A stretch of 64,000 bases of DNA from a virus (taxonomy: Duplodnaviria > Caudoviricetes): positions 1,669 through 65,668 of the IMG/VR virus record IMGVR_UViG_3300034418_011920; one strand, given 5' to 3'. Within the stretch, counting starts at the first letter, position 1; every line of letters starts with the position of its first letter. Below are positions 8,814-20,800 of the stretch, piece by piece. The position numbers were made by a program, and so were the translations under genes. Below the pieces are notes generated by a model, which saw only the letters and a program-made list of their open reading frames with translations, was not told the DNA's origin and made no database searches.

Positions 8814-11800
8814 ATGGCAACACCTTTTAACTTAACCGCTCAAATTAATCTTCGTGGACCAAACAATATTAAACCTATTGTTGGTCAGATTAAGAAGCAG
8901 CTTGGTTCTATTAATGCAGATGTCAATGTTAAATTGGCCAAGGGAGCTCCAAAATCTATAGCTAGTGTAACTAAAAATCTCAAGCTAATGAATGCGGAGT
9001 TCCAAAAGGCTAACGCTAATGCCAAGACTTTATCAGCCACAATATCAACTCTTGGTGCTAACTTTAGTTCTTTAGCTAGGTCATCTGTTCAGGTAGCTAG
9101 TGTTAATACAAAAGTAGCAAGTACTTTATCTGGAATGACATCTGCTGGTTTAGATTCATCAGATGCTATGAATAAACTTGGTAGAGAGGTTTTTAACACT
9201 GGTAAAAGGATTGCTATTCTCAGTACTCTTGTTACTCCATTGGTTAATGTTTTTAGAAATGCCACCTCATCTGCTGTTGAGTTTAATGACCAAATGAGAA
9301 GGCTACAACAAGTTGTTGGTGGAACAGGCGGAATTGTTACGAGTATTTCTAATGAGATCACAAGATTATCTACAACTTTAGGTGTCGCTAGCTCTGATTT
9401 GGCTCAGGTATCTGTTACTTTGGCTCAGGCAGGTTTTACCGCCTCCGAAACACAAAGGTCTCTTGAGGCTTTAGCAAAAACAAATCTTGCTCCTACATTT
9501 AAAAATATTCAACAAACCACAGAGGGTGCAATTGCTGCCCTTAGACAGTTTGAACTTAGTGCTGGCGATCTAGAATCGGCTCTTGGTTCTATAAATGCCG
9601 TAGCGGCTAAATTCGCTGTTGAATCATCAGATATTATTGCTGCTATCCAAAGAACTGGTGGTGTGTTTGCGTCTGCGAGTAAAGGCGTAAGTCAGGGAAC
9701 CGATGCTCTAAATGAATTCATCGCTGTATTTACAAGCGTTCGTGCTACTACTCGTGAGAGCGCCGAGACCATTGCTACTGGTTTAAGAACGATATTTACC
9801 AGAATTCAACGTGGTAGCACGATTAACTATCTTAAAGAGTTTGGTGTTGAGCTACAAAATGCTCAGGGGCAGTTCGTTGGTGCGTATGAGGCTATCAGGA
9901 GACTCTCAGAAGGATTAAAAGACTTAGATCCTAGAGATGTTAGATTTAGTAAGATTGTAGAAGAGCTTGGTGGATTCCGTCAGATTGGTAAAGTTATTCC
10001 GTTACTACAACAATTCACAACAGCACAACAAGCACTCAATATCGCCCAGAGTGGACAAGGCTCATTAACCAAAGACGCTATTGCCGCACAAAAATCTTAT
10101 GCTGTTCAGATTACAAGAGTAAGAGAAGAATTCAACGCTCTTATTCGTGATTTTAGTGAAAATACCGTATTTAAAAATATTGCCGGTGCTTTTCTTAGTA
10201 TAACTAAAAATGTAATTACTATAGGTAGAGCATTGGCCCCTATCGGCGCAGCTTTTGCTACAGCTTTCGCCATAACAAACTTCAAAGCTATCACTAACTT
10301 TTTTGATGGAATAGTTAAAAGTGTAACAGGATTATTTAATACAAAAGATAAGGGTGGAGTTCTTTCACAATTAGGAAGTTTAACCGGCGGCGGGAATATA
10401 ACCGTTACTGCCAAAAATGAAAAAGTAACTGCTGCTATTGCTGTAAATACTACAGCATTAAATGCAAATACAAAATCATTGGACAATCTAACTTCTGCTA
10501 TTAATGGCCTTAAAGCTGGAGGAACTACATTTAATAAGGGTGGTAGAGTACAGGCTTTCGCTTCTGGTGGTGTTGTTCCGGGTCAAGGAAACCGAGATAC
10601 TGTTCCGGCAATGCTGACTCCTGGCGAATTTGTGATTCGTAAGAAAGCTGTTGAAACTATTGGGGCTGGTAATTTACAGAAGATGAATAAATATAGTTGG
10701 GGTGGAAAAGTTAAAACATTGGCGAGTGAATATACAAGCATACAAGATATTGATAACTATGAACAATTTGAAGATGATATTGTTAGGGATAGATCAAAAT
10801 TTATTAGAGTAAAACCAACAGATGAAGATAAAGAAACATTTAAAAACATTAAAGCTTTCAGTAACGCTAGTAGATTTGAGAAATTTGTTGGGGAAAAATA
10901 TAGTTTAGGGAATCCAGCAAAAGGACGGTTTGATTATTTAGATTTTCCTGATAGTAGATCAGAAGCAAAATTTTTGCCTCTAGGCGAGACATATAGCAAT
11001 TCCGAAAAAGGAAACACCCCTAAATCCATAGCTGCTAAAAATTTCCTATTTGAAAACAGCGCCTATAGACCCAATAGAAAAAATAAATCAGTTAAACAAA
11101 TAGAGACTGTTAGCTTAACAGGGCCAGTAGACACATATTGGGCAAATCCTAAAGATTTTTATAATCTTGGTGGATATATTAAAAAATACGGCATTGGTGG
11201 AGGAATATTAGCAACCGATACTGTTGGTGCCGCTATTATGGAAGAAGCAGGAAATCTTACTCCTACCATAATCTCAGGCGGTGAAATTATTAGCAGTACT
11301 CTTAAAGATAGAAAGTTGAAAGAAGACGAACTTTCTAACATGGAAAAAAGATTGCAGGCTATTTTTGGTAATAGAAGCTATAATTTAGTTAGACAAGGAT
11401 TAGATGGAGCTTTAGGAGCTAATGTCGGCGGCGCTATTAATAACAGAATAATAGAGATGATGAATAATCTTGGAGCAGATTTAGATTTCCCTGGCATAGC
11501 AGCAGGAGCCGGCGATAACTTCTTAAGCACATTAAATGATAGTGTTAAGGGTGGTATTTTTGAATCCGTGCTAAATACTATTAAAAACAGCGGGATATAT
11601 CAAGTCGCTCAAAGCTCTTCTGAGAAAAATGACTATTTTGATTTTAGAGACGGATTAGGGGAAGCTTCTAAATGGTTTCCAAGTTTGAAGGATATAGCTT
11701 TTGTAGACGCTAAAAAATCCTTAGATGCTGCTCGTCCTGGTTCCATTGCTAGAAAAATAGGCAACGAAGCATTAAGAGAAGCTGGTTCGATGAGTTTGGA

Positions 11801-14800
11801 ACAATTGTCTAAGATGGCAGAGGAGATACAATCGACATCAGGTATTCAGGATGTATTACTTAATGCTATAACACAAGATTTTGGTTCTGGTGCTTATAGT
11901 AGAGGAATGATATTACCACTTATTGGCGAAGGAAAAGAATCAGAAAACCTTTCTGTTGCTGAAAAACTAAAAGCAATTTATGAAAGATTAGGACTATCCC
12001 CACAGAAAGGTAACAGTGTTCTTCGAAAACTTTTTGGCACAGCAACTGGGAAAAAATGGGAAGGAAAAGCCGTATCGCTAGCTAATAGATTAAACTTTGG
12101 AGGATTTGTTCAAAAATTCGCAGAAGGAGGAGAGCCGGATCCAAATGCTCCTAGTGCTAAACAATTAGGTTTTATCAAAAGCCTTGTTGGAAAATTCTAT
12201 TCTGATGAAGCTCAAATAGAACAATTTATGTCTACCGTTTATGATAAACAAACTGCTAGCAAACAAATACAACAATTACAAAATGCTAAAAAATGGACTG
12301 GATTATTTAAAGCTTTATTAGCAGAAGGCAAAAGTGTAGGTTTCTTGGGAGGAAGACCTTTTGCTTATTATAGTAGAATATCTACTGCTAGTTCTTCTTT
12401 TGATGAGCTTAAAGATGAAGAAACAATTAGAGCATTCTTAGAAAGAGGAAAACTTGCTTTTGGTAGCTATACAAACAATACCAATACATTTGCACAAAGA
12501 AGATACAACAGATCAAAAGGCTATCGTCGTGCTCTTGGCGGGTTCATACAAAAATTCGCAGAAGGAGGAGAACCTAAGAAAGAAAAAGATTTTGGTCAAA
12601 TACTTCTTAGCGGTTCGCCTGAGAGAATAGAAGCTAGATATAACCCAAATGATACGAGAACAGGATCTGTTAACGCTAAAAAATGGAAAGATGGCATATG
12701 GACTGTTGGTTTGTCAATGGCTAGTAAAGGATATGGACCTAGACTATATGATACTGTAATGGAAGCTGTTACGGAAAAGGGAGGCATGCTAACATCAGAC
12801 AGAGCTACCGTTAGCGGTGCTGCTAGATCTGTTTGGGACTACTACTTTAGGAATAGATCAGATGTATCTAAGACTCCTCTACCTAGAGATGCTTGGACTG
12901 GCAACTACGAAATGATTGACGAAAAACTTAGAGGACCAGAAGATACTTGGCCTCCTAAAAACGATCCTGCCTGGGCATTACAAACAGGATATAGAAAATC
13001 TCCATCTTTAATTAATGACCCAAACTCTGTTAAGAGAATTAAGTCAAGTCAATCATCTGCTAAAACTGCTTTAGATTATTTTGCTGCTCGCAGCCTATTT
13101 GCAGATGGCGGGTTAATACAAAAATTTGCTGAAGGAGGATCAGCAGAAGACACTGTTCCTGCACTATTAACTCCAGGCGAATTTGTTATCAATAAGAAAG
13201 CTGCTTCCAGAATAGGTTCTGCAAATCTCAATAAGATGAACAAAGCCGATAAAATTTCTGGATTTAACAAGGGCGGTCCAGTTGGCATGGTTCAGAGATT
13301 TGCTGCTGGCGGCGGTGTTCAGGATGTGCTGGCTCAACAATCGGGAATGTCTACTTCTAAGTTTATGAAAGAACTGGGCAAAGAGCTAGACTCAGTAGCA
13401 TTAGACATTATAAAATCACTCCAACAAACAAAGAAATCTTTTGTAGTAAGTATTGGTAAAGCAACAAACGCTTTTGCTGCCGGATTAGACCCAGCAGAAG
13501 TAGAAGCCTCACTGCAAGAAGCTGTAGCAGGATTAGCGGAAGCTGGCGGAATTTCTGACACTGGAGTAATTCAAAAAGCTGCTAGTGATCTTTTCGCTGG
13601 AATACAAGCTGGATTACCATTAGATCAAATTCAAGCAAAAAGTGCAGAGCTTACACAAATTACTGCTCGACAAATTACAACAACTGATGCTCTCGACAGA
13701 GCAATGCAAAGACTATCATTAGAGACAGGTATAGCTGCTGACGAATTAAATAAAATTAAAGATACACAAAGACTCGAAGCTAAACAATTCTTCGAGGGCG
13801 ATATTGGTAAACAATTTGATGGTGTTATCACCAGAACATTCCCCAAGACATTTAAGGGTCTTCTAGATAATAGTTTTGGTAAATTAACAGCCAACATAAC
13901 CAAAGCTTTTCCTGCAACAGCTATTACTGGCAGTTTGGTTTCTCTTAAAGGAAGCTTAGATTATTTTGGTAGTGATATTCAAAAGCTTGGTGTAGATTTA
14001 GGCCTTTTACCAGAAGATGTTAAAAATTCATTATCTACATTAGGTGGTGTGCTTGGTGGAGCTGGTCAAGGAGCAGCTATAGGCCAGGCTTTAGGAGGAT
14101 TATTGGGTCCTGCTGGGGCTTTAGGAGGAGCTATTGTAGGCGCAGTAGCTGGCGGCATTAAAGGATATTTTGATGCTCAATCTAGAATAGAACAAGAAAG
14201 AATAAGAAAAGAAAGTGTAAAATCACAAAAACGATTTGAAGATAATTTAGCTAGAGCACAAAATGAACCCTTAGCAGAGGATAGGCAGGAAGCTCTAGAA
14301 AGAGCTATGAGTGAATTATCAGCTAGAAATAGAGAACTAGCAGAACAGATGGGTAAACTCGGAGGAGGTACAGTTTACGGTGGTGATCAAATAAGACTAC
14401 CAAGAACTGAAGAGGCAGCCACTGGTTTATCTGATAGAATCAAAAAGTTTGGCGAGAATATGCAAAGGCTTGGAGAAATGAGACTTCAAACCGAATCAGC
14501 AGATTCTCTTAATGAAAGACAAGACAAAATAGACGAAGTATTAGATTCTGCCACTACTAAAACTCAGCATTTATTTGAAGTGTTTGGACAGACAGCAGAA
14601 GCCCAAGCAGCATTGGCAACTCTAGGGGCAAACGCAACAGAAGAGCAAAAAGCAGCACTCTTAGAAAATTTAGCACTATCGAGATATCTAGCAGAACAGG
14701 AGTCATTAGGAGTTAGTGCTAGAGATGCATTAGCAACATGGAACGCTAATATAGCAGACAACCTTAATGCTACTCTAAGATCTACACTAATAGAAAAACA

Positions 14801-17800
14801 AGCAGCAATTGCTACACAAAGAGCAGCTTTGGCCCAAGAAAATTATAACAAACAATTAGAGTCTTTCACATTCAAAATGGATGCTGTCAGCCAAGCTCTT
14901 AATATCTTCAATAATGAAATGGAGTTTTCATTAGCTAGGCTAGATAATCTAAACGCTGGTCTTGCGGGAGAAGGTCCACAAGGAATTACTCTGCGTAATA
15001 GAACAAGAGATATTATTGAAAATCCTTTAGCCTTTAGTGTTGAAGAATTCCAACAGGCGGCAGAGAGAGTTGCAGGACAAGGAGAAGCTGGACAAGAAAT
15101 ATCCAATCTAGCAACAGCTTCTAGAATAATTAACCAAGTCCTAAGACCTGCATTATCTAATACTGAAGATAGAGATGTTAGTGGAGTCAGAGAAGCTGTT
15201 CAAGCTCAGATTGACGAACTTTTCCCCGGTCAAGGTCCTGGGGCTGGTGTTCCAGCAGATTTACAACAAGCGATAGACGAAGTATTAGATCAATCTATTA
15301 GGGGCATTACCGAACAAGCAACACAGAGACAAGGAGAAGGTCAAGATTTTGCGAATATAACCGATAGTGTTGATCAGTTTTCTCGAGGAGCAGCAATTGC
15401 AGAAGAAACGCTTAAACAATTATCGGAACAGAGAGAGAAAGAATTTCAACTATTTTTAGATCTAGAAGAAAGAAGAGCAGATGCTATTCTTAAACAAGTT
15501 AATATTACACAGCAATTAGTAAAGACACAAGCAGATTTCAATCAGCAGCTTAGAGATGCAATTGGAGAATTTTCTTCACTAGAAGAAATGAATGCTGGAT
15601 TTAATGCTCAGATACAACAATTAACCGGAGGAGAAACAGATCCAACCGCAATATCTGACAATATTATTGATTTGGAAAGACAACAAAGAGAAGCTAGTGA
15701 TAGAATCAATCAATTGATGAGAGACCCTACTAATGGAGAGCCAGATAACAGACGAGCGCAAGAAGACCTAGCAAGAGAAATTATAAACCTACAAGTTGAA
15801 CAAAAGAAATATATACAAGCTCTTGAATTAATTGCAAATAGCAACGAGAAAGTTTCTAATGCTTTCAAGAAGCTTGCAGACGAACAAAAGAAGGCCGAAA
15901 CAGGGAAAGATTTATTGTCTATCCTGTCTAGCGGTAGTTTAGAAGACATTCTCAAATTGAGGACAGACATAGTTGGTGTGCAGCAAGCTCTAGCTGGAAA
16001 TACAGGTTTCTTTGCTGCTAATCCTTTGGCTTCACAATTAAATCCACAAATCCTCGATCTGCTACAGCTATCTCAGGAAGAAAGAAGGAGAGCGGAAGGA
16101 GTTGCAATTCAAGGCGGTATTGGGGGAAGGTTTGGAGGCGCTGCTGCTGGTATGGCTGGTCAGTTCTTTGCTATGATGGAAACTGGGATTAATAATGCCA
16201 CTCAACAAGTACAAGCAGCTAGTGCAGAACAATTAAGAGCCCTCATAGAGCTTAGAAGAATTGCAGAACTTCAAGAAAATAATGTTATTAAACAGCAAGA
16301 AAATATTGACATTCTTTTGAGAGGATTAAACGATGAATTGGGTGGAGGAGACGCTAATGAAGCACAAGAGAAATTTATTAAAGCTTTAGAAGACTTGGGT
16401 ATTAATCTTCCAAAAGATATCACAAATAGAGTTTTAGAAGGATTAAGCTTAGTAAAAATGGGAATTCAGGGAATTCTTCTTGGTGACGATCTCAGGAATG
16501 GTTATCTTGGAATCGTTGAAAATGCATATGCAAATATTACAGAAAAATTAAATGCCATAGCTGATAGAATGAACGAGGCTGCTCCACGAGCGAATCAACC
16601 ACCCAATGCGGATAGTCCACCACTTGGAAATCCAGGAAACCAAGCAGGTGGTGGTCGTGGTGGTCGTGGTGATGATTGGTTGCCAGATTGGTTACCAGAT
16701 TGGTGGCCTGTATTTGATTTTCGTTCTCGTGGTGGTCCGATCTATGCCAAGAATGGTATGGCTGTTGGGCCATTTAAACCAAGAGGAAAAGATACTGTTC
16801 CGGCTATGAGCACAAATGGTCAACCATATATGCTTCAGCCAGGAGAGTTTATTGTTAATAAAGAAGCATATCAGAAGAATAAGGGGCTTGTTGAAGCTAT
16901 CAACGGAGGAATGAATGTAGGTGGGTTTGGCGGTACTATGTATGCTGCTGCTGGTGGAATAGTACAAATGGGCGGTATTCAAGTTCCACAATGGTACTTG
17001 GATGCTAATGCTGCAATGAGACAACAAGCACAAGCTGTTGCTGCATATAACCAAAACTATGCGATGAGTGGACAATACAGAAGGGATGCTATTGCTAATT
17101 TAGGACAAGGAACAAATGTAGATTATGCTCAAAGAAATAGCATGGCTATGGCGGATAATATGCAAAGAACAGCAGAAGGCGCAAATACCATCGCTGAAGC
17201 TGCTACTAGCGATGGGGCTCAGTCTGGAGCTCAAACAGGCGGAATGTTTGGCGATATCTTTGGTAGAATGCTTGGAGGAAAAAATCCTGCCGCACAAATA
17301 GGCGGTCAAATTGGTGGAGCTATGATTGGCGGCATAATGGGAGCTTTCGACAATCTTGCTGGTGGGGCTTTATCAAGTATTGGACAAAGAGTTGGGTCTG
17401 TGTTTGCTGGTCAAACAGCCGAACAACCTGCGACACCAACACCACAACCAGCCCAAGCGACTCCGTTACCACAACCTACTCCGGATGTTCAAGCAGCTCC
17501 GATAGACTTGGGTGCTGTGCCTTCTGGTCCTGGTGGTGGTGCTATGTCTATTCCTCCAGAACCAACAAGAAGACCAAGAGTGATAGATGGAAGTAGGCCA
17601 ACACCAGAAACTCAACCAATACCAGCGCCTCCTCCACCACAACCAGTACCAGAAGTAAGCGCAGATAGACCACGAGCTAATCAAGCTCCATTAGCGGAAG
17701 AACAACCCGTACCAGCACCAACAGCTCCGGGTCAAAATGGATTTTCTGGTTTGGGTAGCGACACAGCAAGAGACGCGGCTATAAGAGCAGCAAAAGCAGC

Positions 17801-20800
17801 AGGAAGACCTCTAACAGGAGAAGAAGCCGCTTATTATGAGCAAAGAGAAGCCCAAAGAAACGAAGCTGATCCAGAAAGAGCACAAAGAGGAGCATACGCA
17901 AGAAGAAGAGCAGCAGATCGTGCAACTTATGAGGGCCAGCCTAAAGATAGAGTAAATCCAGACACACCACCTTCTGGTAGAGGTCAAGGCGTTTGGGATG
18001 CTTATACTCGTTATGTGACTTCTGCCGGTGAAACCAATTTTGTTCAACCAAATGAAGAAGGTTCCCAAACTGCACCATTATTTGATAGACAGGGCTATGA
18101 GGCATACTTAGCTTCTCGCTATGGTACTCAAGGTACTCTTGGTGGGGCTTCTGCTCATCCTCGATACGAAGAGGACATGGCAACATTTGATTATTATAGA
18201 CAACAAAGAGAAAATGAGATAGCGGCAGATAAAAAACCCGGAAAATTATTTTCGTCAGATATGACTGTTCCGGAAAAAATAAAAGCTACAGACGCAGCCG
18301 GAGCACGCGAAGCGTTAAAGATACAAGAAGCCAGAAGAGAAGCTTCTGAAAAATCACTGTTCGGAGATGCTATACAAACAGATCCTCAATTAACACGAGC
18401 AGAGAATATCGCTCAAGCTAATACTGCTATTCAAGATCTACAAAATAGAGCTCCAATATCCGACAATTTAGATGATAATGAAATTAATAAGAGAAAATAT
18501 ACTGCTGGACAAGCTAGGGGATATATTTTAGACGCAAAGGATAATACTGGACAATTTGAACTTAAAGATGCAAAATTTAATGGTTTTGATGAAGATGGAA
18601 ATATTTTATTAGAGAAACCTTCTGAATATAGAGATATTGATGGTAAGAATACTCCAGTATATACCGGAGATATTAAACCCGTTAATCCAGACAAATTAGA
18701 CTCTTTGACTCTTGATAGAATAAACAGAGCACAACAAAAGGCTAATGACGAATATGAAAAAAATGTTACTCTTCCAGCGCAAGAGGAAAAGGATAGAGCA
18801 ATAGAGAGAGCTCGGCAGCGTGAGGATTTTAACCGCAGAGCAGAAGCGAGACGCACCCAAAAACAAAAAGAAAAGGAAGAGGCTGCAACAGCACAAGCAT
18901 CAATAGATACAGAATATGATCGCACAGAAAGACAATTAACAGATTTGGCTAATACAGAAAGAGCTAATGCCCAAAGAAATGAAAAACAAAGAGACGATCA
19001 GCTTCTTTATAGATTGGGTACTGGGACTCTTGGTGGTTCTGAGGATACTTTAAGACAAGCATCGCAAGCATCCGAAGAAAAAGTAGCTAAAGCTGAAGCA
19101 GCACTAGCTAGTTTAAATCAATCAAGAAAAACTAGAGAAAGATTAAAACAAAAAGGTTTGATTTTTACTGGTGCTTCTGATACTGAATTTGATTTAACAG
19201 GAACTGGTGTTGAACCTTATACCGATATTGGTACGGGAGATAAGCCAGTTCAGGTATACAGATCAGCTGATGGTCAGATATATTCAAGTAAAAAAGAGGC
19301 TTTAGAAGGTTTAGGATATGTTAGTAAAAGAGGATACTTAACAGAGGAAGGTAAAAAGTTCTATACCAACAGATCTATTGATCAACAAGTTACTGCGAAT
19401 AACACATACAAAGATCTTTTGGGCATAGATCCTAATACTGGATTCTTACAAGAAGGACAGATAGCAGAAATTCAAAGACAAAACGAAGGATTTATGTCTG
19501 GCGTAGAAGCTGGGGCTGGTGTTGTTGAAACTGGTGTTGAAACTCTTGCAGCCGTAGCTACACTTGGAGGAAGTGCTGCTGTTACCACAGTAGGAAGAAG
19601 TGCATTAAGTGCTGGTGTTAGAGGAGCAGCAAGAACCGGATTATTTGCTGCTGGAGAAACAGCTGCAATTTCTAGTGTTTTAGAAGGCGAAAAAGTTAAT
19701 GCTGGAAGACAGACAGTAGGAGATGCAATAGGTAATGTTGGAACTAAAGCAGCTTTTGCGGGATTAACAGGTGGTGTTGGAGGTGGTATTGGAGGTGTCG
19801 CAGCTAGGGGGGCAGCTAGAAAAGCAAGACTAGACAAGTTACTTGATGAACGCAAAACTACTCAAGGTGTTATAGATAGAATTACAAGATCAGGAACTAC
19901 TTTTGAAAATACAAAATTTGTTAACAAAGATTTTAATGTATTTAGCCCAAGACAAGCCAATAATATCAGTCAGAAAGCTACCAAAAGGGCCGCAGAAAAA
20001 TCTGGAGATATAAATGAGATTATTGATTTGCGAAATAATCCAAGGGCTGCGTTTGAACTTTACGATGGTGCTACTGGAGAAATTCCAGATATTAAAATAA
20101 AAAAATTCAAAGAAGCATCCGATATTGCTTCGACAAGACAATCCAGAAAATCCGCTTCTCAATTTGATGCTCAAGGAGGAAAAGCTTTTGCGACTCCAGA
20201 TGAAACAGCATCGGCTGCTGCTTTAAAACCTAGCAAAGCCACCCAAACAAAAATCAAGCAACTTGAAGCGAACAGGACTCAGGCTGAAGATTTAAGACGA
20301 ACATTTAAGGTCGATAGCAATCCTAAATCTGCTGCTGCGACTAAGCCTAAGCCAGCTACTGCGACTAAGCCTAAACCAGCTGTTGCGTCAGCTGATCAGA
20401 AAACTGCTACGCAGATATTATCAGAAGAGTATACAGCTCCGATTTCAAATAGACAGAGAAGAGCAGAAGCGTTTCCTGGAGTTGCTGCTCCTCCGCCTAA
20501 GCCAACTGTCGCTACGCCTACGCCTAAGCCAACTGTCGCTACGCCTACGCCTAAGCCAACTGTTGCTGCGCCTAAACCTAAGCCAACTGTTGCTACGCCT
20601 AAACCTAAGCCAACTGTTGCTACGCCTGAACCTATAGATCCTAAAAAAGAATTTTCAACATTTATGGATGAATGGAATAAAGAACGTAAAATCGGCACAC
20701 CATTTTTAAATGAAAAATTTGATAGTTGGAAATACAAACCTTTAGCTCAAACATACGATGAACTTATCGAGAATATGGGTGGTGCGAAAGGATTAAGCTC

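Noticed and set aside
16648-16710. GGRGGRG and DWLPDWLPDWWP micro-repeats in the TMP
   Set aside because: Short low-complexity duplications. WLP-type motifs are common near TMP C-terminal modules, and no separate function is supportable.
20496-20630. 27-nt repeats as a possible CRISPR array
   Set aside because: The units are head-to-tail with no unique spacers and are in frame, encoding a Pro-rich linker.
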